From a virus, in IMG/VR virus record IMGVR_UViG_2974520824_000001, positions 7,539 to 71,538 of that record: a stretch of 64,000 bases of DNA; one strand, given 5' to 3'. Positions within the stretch are counted from its first letter, which is position 1, and each line of letters starts with the position of its first letter. Shown here one piece after another: positions 45,383-54,508 of this stretch. The notes beneath the pieces were generated by a model, which saw nothing but the letters and a program-made list of their open reading frames with translations, searched no databases and was not told where the DNA came from. Both the position numbers and the translations under genes were made by a program.

Positions 45383-48300
45383 ATGCCCAATCGACCCATG
45401 AGATTCGTTAGCCTGCACAGTCATTCAACGTTCTCTAGCGGTGACGGCTATGAACTGCCCAAGGTTCATGTGACCCGAATCGTTGAGCTTGGAATGAAAG
45501 CCCTTGCGCTAAGCGAACACGGCAACGTTTCCTCATGGGTCGATTTGGAGCAAGCTGCCGAAAAGGCAGGCGTGCAACCAATTTTCGCAATCGAAATATA
45601 CTTTGGCCGTCCGAAGGTTCGCGCCAAGACCCACATGGTTTTAATCGCCATGAATGAGGTTGGCTTGCAGAATATCAACCGGATCGTCACCCGTTCGTGG
45701 CAGCAATTCTATTACAGCCCAACGGTTTACTGGAAAGACTTGGTGGAGTTCAATGAGGGGATTATCGCGCTCTCGGGTTGCGCCGACTCCGCACTCAGTT
45801 GTGAGTTGTTGGGTGGAAAGTGGTTCGGCCCAAAGACATTGGAACCCGAAGACGGAGCGTATGAACGTGCCGTTAGGGGAGTTCGACGGTTCCAGCAGGT
45901 ATTTGGTGACCGATACTATTTGGAAGTTCAGCGATTTCCTGGCCTTGAGCGTACTTGTGCTCTTAACCCGCTACTTGCCCAAATATCAAGAGACACAGGC
46001 GTTCCCCTTGTTGCTACGGCAGATGTCCATTATCCCTACCCTCACCAAAACGAGATTCAGCGGATTCTTCATGCGGCAGATCGCGGAAAAGATGTCGAAA
46101 CTACTGACGCCTCATGGGAATACGACATTCTCCTGACCTACCCTTTATCCGACCGCGAAATCCTGAATGACCTTGTGGGAACGGGACTTTCGCTGGACGA
46201 GGCCAAAGAATCGGTTTTGAATACCGAACGAATTACCGACCGCTGCAAGGGAGTTCGACTGCCAAAGGCTCCCCCGCCGAGGTTCAAGCCGGATGAGCAC
46301 CATGATTTCGTAGGTGACCCGAAAAAGCTTCTGTCCGAATGGATTACGCTTGGCTGGAACTACCGCTTGAAGCACAACAAACACATGCGGGAAAACAAGG
46401 CCGCGTACAAAGAGAGGATGAAGCATGAGTATGAAACGATTTGTGCGAGAGAGGGTTTCGCTGATTACTTTCTCATTGTCTCTGATCTTATCACTTGGGC
46501 AAAATCGCAAGGAATCGCTGTTGGCCCGGGGCGGGGAAGTGCCGCCGGTAGTTTGGTGTGCTATTTGCTCCAAATTACTGAAATCGACTCAATGCAATTC
46601 CCTATGCTCTTTGAACGCTTTCTTGATCCAACACGCACGGACCCACCAGACATCGACATCGACTTTGAAGACGAACGTAGGGATGAGGTATTCCAGTATG
46701 CCGCAAGGGTTTACGGCTCCGATTACGTAGCGAACATTCTGAACTTCACACGCTACAAAGGCAATTCGGCCCTAGACGATATCGGCAAGGTCTACCATCT
46801 TCCGAAGTGGAAAATCGATGCCGTCAAGTCAAAGTTGTTGGAGCGTCCCGAAGGTCACCCTCGTTTCGATAAGTCAATCGAAGATACGTACAACACGTTT
46901 CCCGAGATTCGGCAGTTGGTCGAAGACACGCCCGAATTGGCTTTTGCCCCAAGGCTTGAGGGAAACCTACAGGGATTCAACGTTCACGCGGCAGGCATGG
47001 CAATCGGTTCTGTCCCAACAAATTTCGTGTCGGCAACCTACGAACGTGAAATCAATGGCGTTATCCGACAAGGCATTGCGTATGACAAACGCGGCGCGGC
47101 CTATCTCGGTATGCTCAAGTTCGATATTCTGTCGCTAATCACGATGGGAGAGATTGCCGGTATCTGCAAGATGGCCGGAATGAAGTTGGAGGATTTGTAC
47201 CGAGTTCCCTTGGACGACAACGAAACTCTGCAAGCGTTCCGCGATGGCGACATCATGGGCATTTTCCAATTCGAGGGTGTGACCACGCGGCGCATTCTAA
47301 AGGCAGTGCAGCCAACACGATTCATGCACCTAGCCGACGTGAACGCTCTGGCCCGACCAGGCGCAGACGACAAGGGTTACATTCGGAACAAAAACAGCGG
47401 TGAGCTACCGGATTTCGCGCATCCAATCATCAAGCAGCACACCACCGTTTGGCCGAACACCTACGGCGTTATCACATACGAAGAACAAATCCTAATGATA
47501 CTAAGGGATTTGGGAGGGTTCGCACCGGCTGAGCTTAACCGGATGCGAAAGATCATTCACGACAAGTTGGGATCGACGGCGTTCAATGAGTATTTTCAAC
47601 GATTTCTCAAAGGCTGTGCTGCGCAAGGACTTTCAGAAGATACAGCACGCGAAGTATGGGACGGCATGGTTAGTGCGTCTGGATACGCCTTCAACATCGC
47701 CCATTCTGTCAGCTACGCTCATATTGGGTACTGGCAACAGTTCCTTAAAATCCACCATCCAGCTGAGTTTTACGCTAAGAAACTTACGAAATGCCCTACT
47801 AGTCCAGAGGGCGTTATTCGTAGAGGCAAATTCATCCAAGAGGCCGGTCGTCACGGCATTGATGTTGAACCCCCGAGACTTCTTGAGTCAGGCCATGATT
47901 GGACGCTCATTCCCGAAAAGAAACTGATCGTTGCTGGAATGGCATCGGTTCATGGCATCGGCCCGAAAACCGTTGATAAGATTATCGATTGGCGAAACGA
48001 GAACGCCGACCGTGATCTGAAATGGGATGACCTACTTGAGATTTCGGGCATCGGTGTCAAAAAGATCGCGATGATTACCAATTTCGTGTACGCCGACGAT
48101 CCCTTTGGCGTGCAACGTGTTCCGCGAGTGTTGAACCGAATTCGCAATCAGATCAAGCGCGGTGAGTTCTCGGGAGTGCCTGAGCCAGACACGATTTCGA
48201 TTGACATTGACCCGACCTCAGAGGAACAGGTCTGCTACATCGGAATTGTACGCCAAAGGAAATACTACGATGCTGTTGAACAACTTCAAAAGAAGTCGAA

Positions 48301-48562
48301 GGAGGATTTAAGTTACGAAGATGCCCTAGCACAAATCGATGACCCGCATTTGCTCACCTATGTTGCTTTGGACGTTGAAGACGAGTATGGTGAGATAGTG
48401 CGAGTTTGGCTGTGGCGCAACAAGTTTCAGCCGTTCGCGAATGCAGTCGATAAGATCAAGCTCAACCGAGACGTGGTGATCGCCAGAGGCAGGCCGAGTG
48501 AATTCGGTGGAATCTCCATCAGCGCAAATCAATTCGTAGTCATCAACCCCGAAAGCGAATGA
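45383..48562 (+). CDS. dnaE: DNA polymerase III alpha subunit (DnaE-type) with N-terminal PHP domain
   Basis: FVSLHSHSTFSSGDGY PHP motif; 1059 aa; polymerase core size. Confidence 0.85.
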   Translation: MPNRPMRFVSLHSHSTFSSGDGYELPKVHVTRIVELGMKALALSEHGNVSSWVDLEQAAEKAGVQPIFAIEIYFGRPKVRAKTHMVLIAMNEVGLQNINRIVTRSWQQFYYSPTVYWKDLVEFNEGIIALSGCADSALSCELLGGKWFGPKTLEPEDGAYERAVRGVRRFQQVFGDRYYLEVQRFPGLERTCALNPLLAQISRDTGVPLVATADVHYPYPHQNEIQRILHAADRGKDVETTDASWEYDILLTYPLSDREILNDLVGTGLSLDEAKESVLNTERITDRCKGVRLPKAPPPRFKPDEHHDFVGDPKKLLSEWITLGWNYRLKHNKHMRENKAAYKERMKHEYETICAREGFADYFLIVSDLITWAKSQGIAVGPGRGSAAGSLVCYLLQITEIDSMQFPMLFERFLDPTRTDPPDIDIDFEDERRDEVFQYAARVYGSDYVANILNFTRYKGNSALDDIGKVYHLPKWKIDAVKSKLLERPEGHPRFDKSIEDTYNTFPEIRQLVEDTPELAFAPRLEGNLQGFNVHAAGMAIGSVPTNFVSATYEREINGVIRQGIAYDKRGAAYLGMLKFDILSLITMGEIAGICKMAGMKLEDLYRVPLDDNETLQAFRDGDIMGIFQFEGVTTRRILKAVQPTRFMHLADVNALARPGADDKGYIRNKNSGELPDFAHPIIKQHTTVWPNTYGVITYEEQILMILRDLGGFAPAELNRMRKIIHDKLGSTAFNEYFQRFLKGCAAQGLSEDTAREVWDGMVSASGYAFNIAHSVSYAHIGYWQQFLKIHHPAEFYAKKLTKCPTSPEGVIRRGKFIQEAGRHGIDVEPPRLLESGHDWTLIPEKKLIVAGMASVHGIGPKTVDKIIDWRNENADRDLKWDDLLEISGIGVKKIAMITNFVYADDPFGVQRVPRVLNRIRNQIKRGEFSGVPEPDTISIDIDPTSEEQVCYIGIVRQRKYYDAVEQLQKKSKEDLSYEDALAQIDDPHLLTYVALDVEDEYGEIVRVWLWRNKFQPFANAVDKIKLNRDVVIARGRPSEFGGISISANQFVVINPESE

Positions 48563-48563
48563 A

Positions 48564-49037
48564 ATGGGAAAGAAGAAGCGGAAACCTCAAGGGCAGCAAG
48601 GCAATCCGAAGCCGGGTCCATTTGAGAGCATGAAACAGCAAGAGGCCGTTGAGCGTTTGAGCCGACTGCTGCGATTCGCCAGCGCGCCACCTGAGCCGAT
48701 CTTGGCTATGCTCACACGTCTCGGAATCCCTTATCACACAGGAGAATTGAATCAGGAACTCGACGGCGACCCGATTGGTCAGAAGTATCTCGTCATCAAG
48801 GCCGAAGACCTGGAGGCGGGGGAAAAGAAGAACCAGGCCCAAGGTTCAGTTCTCGCAAGGCTTTACGGGCCGCAGACTCAGAATCCGCAGCAAGTGGTGA
48901 TCGGTCGCGATACGAGCCACATGCCCACCAGTGGGCGGGTTGGAGAGCCAACCGAGCACGTCGTCATGGACGAGGCGAAAAGGATTGCGCCAGAAGACAA
49001 TCCAGAAGATGAATACCTGAGAGGAATTCAAGGCTAA
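48564..49037 (+). CDS. hypothetical protein; contains palindrome copy 4
   Basis: ATG 1 nt after dnaE stop. Confidence 0.45.
   Translation: MGKKKRKPQGQQGNPKPGPFESMKQQEAVERLSRLLRFASAPPEPILAMLTRLGIPYHTGELNQELDGDPIGQKYLVIKAEDLEAGEKKNQAQGSVLARLYGPQTQNPQQVVIGRDTSHMPTSGRVGEPTEHVVMDEAKRIAPEDNPEDEYLRGIQG
48922..48937. repeat. 16-bp palindrome copy 4 (TGCCCACCAGTGGGCG), in CDS, encodes PTSG
   Basis: 15/16 match. Confidence 0.75.
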
Positions 49038-49258
49038 TGCAGGACTACCGGTGCTCTAGCTGCAACCGTCACATCGGCGCGATGTTCGATGAGAAAGGCC
49101 AGCCCGAGCTATTCAAATGCCCTCACAGTGGCCGGATTTCGCACTGTGTGCCGGATCGCCGTCAAGGCCGAAAGACTCCGCCGTTGCCGAATTGGCTTAA
49201 GCCAGAAGATGTTTCGGAACGTGCGAAGAAACGGCGCTCTGCATCCGCAGACGTCTGA
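49037..49258 (+). CDS. zinc-ribbon protein
   Basis: CSSCNRH...CPHSG; ATG overlapping TAA. Confidence 0.4.
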   Translation: MQDYRCSSCNRHIGAMFDEKGQPELFKCPHSGRISHCVPDRRQGRKTPPLPNWLKPEDVSERAKKRRSASADV

Positions 49259-49284
49259 ATCACTAAGTAAGGGAAGGGAATTCC

Positions 49285-50163
49285 GTGTTCAGTACCATTC
49301 TCATGGTTATCCTGATTCTAGTAATCGTGGGTAGCCTGCTGTTCGGACTTGGAAAGGGTGAGCCTGCCGCACTTTTGGTGGCCGGTGTTGCGGTCATCAT
49401 TTTCATTATCACGGCGGCGCTTGCTTGCACATCGATTGTCGGCACGCGACAGGTCGGAATCGTGACCAAGTGGAACAAGCCGACTGGTGAAACATTCGAT
49501 AGCGGACTGCATTTCGTGCTGCCTTGGACCGACGTTCACGAAATGGACGCGGCCATTCAGAACGATGTCTTCAACGGAGACAAGCGAATTCAGGTTCGTT
49601 TGGGCAACAACTCAACTGCGTTGGCAGACGTGAACATTCGTTGGGAAATCAAGCAAGACCAGGCCGACGAATTGTTCCAGCAGTACAAGACATTCGACAA
49701 CGTGAAGTCGAATCTCATTGAGCGCAACCTTCGTACCGCGCTAAATGAGGCGTTCATGAAGTTCGATCCGCTGGCCGGTGAGCCGGAAAAGGGTGCGCCG
49801 CCCAACGCCACGCTTTCGTCTGTCACCGCTGACACTCTTGCGCTGATGAAGCAAAAGAGCGGGAATCAGGTTAACATTCTTGACCTTTCGATCCCGGTCA
49901 TCGATTACGACGACAACACCGAACAGCGAATCAACGCGATCAATGCGGCCCGAGCACAAACGACCCAAGCGGAGCAGGATGCGAAGACTGCAACCCAAAG
50001 GCGTTTGGCCGCAGAGGAATTGAGCAAGCAGCCGGTTCCTGATCTGAAAATCGCCATCGCGGCGTGCGTGAACAAGATGGCCGAATCGGGTCAGAATCTC
50101 AATTGCTTCCCGATTGGCTCGAATGTCCTTCCGACACTTGCGGTTCCGAATCCCGCAGGCTAA
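49285..50163 (+). CDS. SPFH/band-7 (prohibitin-like) membrane protein
   Basis: GTG start after GGGAAGGGAA; two N-terminal TM helices then VGIVTKW...GLHFVLPWTDV band-7-like core. Confidence 0.5.
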   Translation: MFSTILMVILILVIVGSLLFGLGKGEPAALLVAGVAVIIFIITAALACTSIVGTRQVGIVTKWNKPTGETFDSGLHFVLPWTDVHEMDAAIQNDVFNGDKRIQVRLGNNSTALADVNIRWEIKQDQADELFQQYKTFDNVKSNLIERNLRTALNEAFMKFDPLAGEPEKGAPPNATLSSVTADTLALMKQKSGNQVNILDLSIPVIDYDDNTEQRINAINAARAQTTQAEQDAKTATQRRLAAEELSKQPVPDLKIAIAACVNKMAESGQNLNCFPIGSNVLPTLAVPNPAG

Positions 50164-50220
50164 GTAGGGTCGAAGTGGGGCGCGCATACTCATCACGCGC
50201 ACTTAGACTTAGGAGACGAA

Positions 50221-50484
50221 ATGCCAAGCGGCGCAACGGAAATGAAGAAAATCATGCGGCATTCAAAGCCTGTGCCGCAGACCGGACGAACCCTCATCAA
50301 TCGCATTGAGGCGCAGATGGATAAGCGCCGGAAAGCTATGGAAAACCATTATGTCGCAACCGGACAGCAGGATACAATCAATCGCGGCCGTTACGAGGGA
50401 CTTGCCGCAGCACTTGCCATTCTTAGGTCAAGTTCAGTTGCCGTGGAATACGAGCGATCAAACGAACGGCTTGGAATCGATTAA
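50221..50484 (+). CDS. hypothetical small protein
   Basis: GGAGACGAAATG RBS. Confidence 0.4.
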   Translation: MPSGATEMKKIMRHSKPVPQTGRTLINRIEAQMDKRRKAMENHYVATGQQDTINRGRYEGLAAALAILRSSSVAVEYERSNERLGID

Positions 50485-50722
50485 GGCCAAAGTCTATTGG
50501 GACAAAGACGGCGGCATAGATGAAGACGGCATTTGGGTTTGTGAAGTTCCGACCCAAATCACCGCGAGTTCTGTTGGCTGGCAACGAACTAAGTACGCCA
50601 GACGAACCACGGTACGATGGGATGAGGCCATCGATCTTTACATTCGATGGTTCGACCATGTAATCGTAAATGGAAACTTTGAAGCCACGTTCCGTGATGG
50701 CGTCTTTCTAGTGGAGTGCTGA
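50471..50722 (+). CDS. hypothetical small protein (TTG start; upstream part of track ORF 50306 rejected)
   Basis: Only in-frame start codon downstream of the overlapping gene. Confidence 0.3.
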   Translation: MESIKAKVYWDKDGGIDEDGIWVCEVPTQITASSVGWQRTKYARRTTVRWDEAIDLYIRWFDHVIVNGNFEATFRDGVFLVEC

Positions 50723-51309
50723 TGAGTTACCTTGGGCCGAAACCACATTCGCTGGCTGGCGGTAAAGAGCTACGCGAATCAACGATGCCGGGACCGTGCC
50801 TGCCGTTGATCGCTCTTGATCCTGGCGGCATGACGGGCTGGTCGCTAATTGTGTTGCCTGCCAACATCTTTGACCAGAAGCTCCCGCTTGACCAATTACT
50901 CCAAAGGAAATCGTTGTGGGTTCACGGTCAGACCGAATGCTACGACGTGAATCACGGCGCGCATATTCTGCGCAAGTACCTGATTGACCAATGGCCTACT
51001 GCCGCACTGGTTTTCGAGACGTTTTTCCTACGCGGGAATACGAAGTCTGTTGACCTCACGCCGGTAGAACTGAATGCCATTCTTGGACACCATCTTTGGA
51101 TCAAAAAGCGTGACCGCCATTGGCAACAGCCAGCGATGGCGAAGCGGTTAGACAATGACCGATTGAAGCTCATGAACGTCTATACGTCGGAGGGAGGAAT
51201 GCAGCACGCAAGAGACGCAGATCGTCACGCGCTCATGATGATTCGGCGTTGCATGGAGGGCAAGGGAATGAAAGAGAGGTTATGGCCGCATGTTTACCAA
51301 ACAGGTTAA
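50716..51309 (+). CDS. RuvC-like Holliday junction resolvase
   Basis: LIALDPGGMTGWSL resembles RuvC ILGIDPG; VFETFF and HARDADRHALMM resemble catalytic E and D motifs; start may be ATG 50785. Confidence 0.5.
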   Translation: MLMSYLGPKPHSLAGGKELRESTMPGPCLPLIALDPGGMTGWSLIVLPANIFDQKLPLDQLLQRKSLWVHGQTECYDVNHGAHILRKYLIDQWPTAALVFETFFLRGNTKSVDLTPVELNAILGHHLWIKKRDRHWQQPAMAKRLDNDRLKLMNVYTSEGGMQHARDADRHALMMIRRCMEGKGMKERLWPHVYQTG

Positions 51310-51478
51310 GCTACACGGTGGGCCGAAGGATGGCGAAGTTTATCCCTACGGTGATCCATTGCCGAAAGTCCTTGTGATAGCGGAGGTTTCGGAACGAAAA
51401 GGTCCGGTCTACCACGATTACATGCAGGTCGGTGAAACCGAGGACTACAATTGGATTGGTAAAACAAAGGCGAAATGA
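51290..51478 (+). CDS. hypothetical small protein
   Basis: 62-aa ORF. Confidence 0.35.
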   Translation: MFTKQVKLHGGPKDGEVYPYGDPLPKVLVIAEVSERKGPVYHDYMQVGETEDYNWIGKTKAK

Positions 51479-51801
51479 GATACGCCGTCAATCAAGGCCC
51501 GCGATCAGAGGCCGTTCGTGTTGGAATGGAAGTTGCCCTAAAGCAATTCGTGGTCGATTACGCTGCGGACATGGGCATGAGCGAATCAGCGGCAGCGCGT
51601 CGGATGATTCTAATTGGAGCACGATGCGAAGCTGAGCACGGAAATGCCCGAATGCCAGCATCTTTCGCGCAGTTGTTCTATGATAGTGAAACGGCGGCCA
51701 GGGAGGTAGACGAGGCAGTCAAGCAGTACGAGCAAGACGGCAAAGACGACGAATTCGATTGGGAAGGAGGCGAATCCGATGGCGATTCGCGTACAGTGTG
51801 A
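51475..51801 (+). CDS. hypothetical protein
   Basis: ATGA overlap. Confidence 0.4.
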   Translation: MRYAVNQGPRSEAVRVGMEVALKQFVVDYAADMGMSESAAARRMILIGARCEAEHGNARMPASFAQLFYDSETAAREVDEAVKQYEQDGKDDEFDWEGGESDGDSRTV

Positions 51802-51976
51802 CAATTGCGAGAAGATTCTGCGAAACGAGCCGGATGACACCGGAGCAGAGCCAGAGGCCCATTACGTCCTCGCTTTGACAGCGAGCAAGGGAGACAAGAC
51901 AATTCATCCGTTGCAGATGGATTTGTGCCCGCGATGCGCCAAGCGGTATTTCAAGGTTTTGAAAGACCCGGTGTAA
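51779..51976 (+). CDS. zinc-ribbon protein
   Basis: CDNC...CPRC. Confidence 0.35.
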   Translation: MAIRVQCDNCEKILRNEPDDTGAEPEAHYVLALTASKGDKTIHPLQMDLCPRCAKRYFKVLKDPV

Positions 51977-51977
51977 C

Positions 51978-52229
51978 ATGTTGAGCACCTTGGCATCTAG
52001 CCTGATTTCGCTATTCAGCGGCGGGGGAATGGCTTGGGCGTACCGAGATATGGTGTGGCGCAAGAAGATTGCGAACTCATGTCCTCATCACTATAACGAG
52101 TGGGAAGACGTTGAGCTACACAATCATTGGGCATGGGAGAAGTCGAAGAAAGTTTCAAAGACTGTGCCCGCCATGCGAAGAACGTGCGATTTCTGCGGTG
52201 ATGTCCAAGTGAAAGTGCTTGAATCATGA
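51978..52229 (+). CDS. hypothetical small protein
   Basis: ORF, 83 aa. Confidence 0.35.
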   Translation: MLSTLASSLISLFSGGGMAWAYRDMVWRKKIANSCPHHYNEWEDVELHNHWAWEKSKKVSKTVPAMRRTCDFCGDVQVKVLES

Positions 52230-52510
52230 GCGTTTTGGAAGGGCCAACTTTCAAGGCCAAGTACGGCGGCGTGTGCAATCAGTGCGGATTCTCCTACGAG
52301 AAAGGCGAAGCCGTCCACTACGTGAAAGACCGTGTGGCACATGAACATTGCCATGCCAATACGCAGTTCGACAACTACCCCGCCGTAGATGATGAAGACC
52401 GCCGAATTCATCGCTCTGTGGCGAACTCAGAGGGGTATGTCGCACGCGGTATCCGAAAGCCCAAGCTGTGCAAGGAATGTCACATCGAACACGCAGGAGA
52501 ATGCTGGTGA
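52226..52510 (+). CDS. Cys/His-rich small protein
   Basis: CNQCG...HEHCH...CKECH. Confidence 0.4.
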   Translation: MSVLEGPTFKAKYGGVCNQCGFSYEKGEAVHYVKDRVAHEHCHANTQFDNYPAVDDEDRRIHRSVANSEGYVARGIRKPKLCKECHIEHAGECW

Positions 52511-52824
52511 GTAAACACTTCACGTTCGTACCCGATTGGTCCTTACCATCTTTCGACCTCGTAAAGACGTGGGTCAAATTCAAGTGGGAATGGGCCGTCT
52601 TCTATGAGGAATGGACACGAACCGCAGGGCACTATCGTCAGAAGAAGATTGTTTGCGAATCCCGAAGGGAGGCAAGGATTTTCAGGGACAACCTGAATGT
52701 CCGCGTCAAGTACGGAGACAAGATTCGCAACGTCGTGATGAAACGTCGTCTGATTCAAGTGAATTGGGATGAGTACCACGACTCATTCAGCTACAACGCG
52801 AAGGGTAATGGCAATGGCCGATAA
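52501..52824 (+). CDS. hypothetical protein
   Basis: ATG after CAGGAGA; overlaps upstream stop. Confidence 0.4.
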   Translation: MLVSKHFTFVPDWSLPSFDLVKTWVKFKWEWAVFYEEWTRTAGHYRQKKIVCESRREARIFRDNLNVRVKYGDKIRNVVMKRRLIQVNWDEYHDSFSYNAKGNGNGR

Positions 52825-53116
52825 GCCTGTGGCACTTGATCGTAACGTTCTGATTCAGTTTTTGGACTGGTACGATCCTGAAGCCTCTCACCGCGATATC
52901 GGCCTTGCCGGGGTTGTCGATTCATTCTTGGCAGAGAAGACCAGTGGCCGATCCGGCGAGCGTCTAGACGACAAGACTTTTCTGGAATACACAGACAAGG
53001 TCGCAAAATCGTTGGCGCACAACGCCGCTCATTCATTCGCTGTCCCAATCTATGAGTTGAATCTTCTACTCATCGAATGCGACAAGAGATTGAAAGAGGC
53101 CGAGGATGGCCGCTGA
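52808..53116 (+). CDS. hypothetical protein
   Basis: ATG after AAGGGTA. Confidence 0.4.
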   Translation: MAMADKPVALDRNVLIQFLDWYDPEASHRDIGLAGVVDSFLAEKTSGRSGERLDDKTFLEYTDKVAKSLAHNAAHSFAVPIYELNLLLIECDKRLKEAEDGR

Positions 53117-53369
53117 ATGCATTTGCGCCATACCGGATTCGTTCAATGTTCGGATGAGCGACCTTCGCAATCCACGGTGCCCGGTTCATGGCGTGCCAAT
53201 TGTGGAGGGCGACAAGGCAACTCACGATGAGTTGAAGAATCTGCTTCGTGAGCAAATGCAGGAAATCCAACTTACCCCAGGAATGTACGTGTTCGCTATT
53301 TCAAACGCGGACATTGACACCTGTGCTCGAAATCTGTTGGCACGCTACGACATTCGGAGAAAGCGATGA
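53106..53369 (+). CDS. hypothetical small protein
   Basis: ORF, 87 aa. Confidence 0.35.
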   Translation: MAAECICAIPDSFNVRMSDLRNPRCPVHGVPIVEGDKATHDELKNLLREQMQEIQLTPGMYVFAISNADIDTCARNLLARYDIRRKR

Positions 53370-53575
53370 GTGCTGATTCTCACGCACCGTGCCCAAAGTG
53401 CAACGCGCCGTTGGTAATTGACCAAACCAATCCTGAGCAGTATGACCTGCCCACGCCGGTGCGTGAAAATTACGAATTCTACATCAAGGATAATCGGGTG
53501 GTCGCTGATTATCGTGCCGACTGTTGGGACTGCGGTTGGCATTTCGAGTTCAAACATGAGGAGCCAATACCATGA
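53366..53575 (+). CDS. zinc-ribbon protein
   Basis: CPKCNAP...CWDCGW. Confidence 0.35.
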   Translation: MSADSHAPCPKCNAPLVIDQTNPEQYDLPTPVRENYEFYIKDNRVVADYRADCWDCGWHFEFKHEEPIP

Positions 53576-53850
53576 GCACGTACCTGTACCTTGAATGCGC
53601 CGACCACGATCCTCCGATCAAATCCAATGGTGAAGTGGGACAGCATCTTTCAGACGTTCCGCACATTCAAGAGAACCTGAACAATCGGGAAATCTTCATC
53701 GCCAACCGAGAGCGTGACCTGATCGCTGAGTACCGCGATTTCTTCACAACGAACACGGCGTACTTTTTGTGCGCTCATCCCAAGTGCCGCATCGTAATTC
53801 GTGATGAGTACGGAGAAGAACATGGCGGAATTGCTGCCATTCCAAGTTGA
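53572..53850 (+). CDS. hypothetical small protein
   Basis: ORF, 92 aa. Confidence 0.35.
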   Translation: MSTYLYLECADHDPPIKSNGEVGQHLSDVPHIQENLNNREIFIANRERDLIAEYRDFFTTNTAYFLCAHPKCRIVIRDEYGEEHGGIAAIPS

Positions 53851-54242
53851 AACAATCTGCGGCTGTGTGTGTTACGACTGCCGACACGGCCAGTGTTGCG
53901 AGGGGATCTATTGCCGTGATGCCGAATGATCTTCCCTTTCGACCGTGGTGGTGGAAACCCACATACAACGGAAAGCACAGGGGCACATACGAATTCAGAC
54001 AGGGTGGCGAATCCTACGCCAAAGTCATTCCGTTCGGAATCCGATCAATCATGATAAGGCCATACGTCGATGCGATTGCTGAAACTCACCCCAGTTACCA
54101 ACCGCCCCAATGGGTTAATACCCTACGTCTCAGCCGATTGCATCGTTGGCTGCGAAGTAGACGAAATCGCCGGGGAGACAAGGGTTCACACGTCGAACAA
54201 ATACCTGATGCTCAGGTGCTCAGATTCACCGGAAGCGATTGA
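53847..54242 (+). CDS. hypothetical protein
   Basis: ORF, 131 aa. Confidence 0.4.
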   Translation: MKQSAAVCVTTADTASVARGSIAVMPNDLPFRPWWWKPTYNGKHRGTYEFRQGGESYAKVIPFGIRSIMIRPYVDAIAETHPSYQPPQWVNTLRLSRLHRWLRSRRNRRGDKGSHVEQIPDAQVLRFTGSD

Positions 54243-54396
54243 GCGGCTTGCCAATTCGGACGCTGAACGTGAGCCGAACTTTCACATGCTGGTGGAATTC
54301 GCACGTTGGTTCAGTGAGCACAAAGTTGAGACTTTGGGCCGAAGCTACGGAAATATCGTGGATCGATTCATCACTGAACGTCGGTCGAACATCTAG
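54208..54396 (+). CDS. hypothetical small protein (start uncertain)
   Basis: Downstream part of track ORF 54070. Confidence 0.25.
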   Translation: MLRCSDSPEAIERLANSDAEREPNFHMLVEFARWFSEHKVETLGRSYGNIVDRFITERRSNI

Positions 54397-54508
54397 TGTT
54401 TGCTGGAACCGCTCACCCCAACATCTAGTGTCCTTGTCTACCAGGGCATTTGGGTGTAGGGTGGGTGGTTCCGGCCCGACGTAATCCTTTGCGCCAGTTA
54501 GGAATTCG

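Noticed and set aside
46416-46436. Copy of the cassette leader (AAAGAGAGGATGAAGCATGAG) inside dnaE
   Set aside because: A single 9-mer match inside an essential coding sequence is within chance expectation for 64 kb and has no accompanying tRNA-like element.
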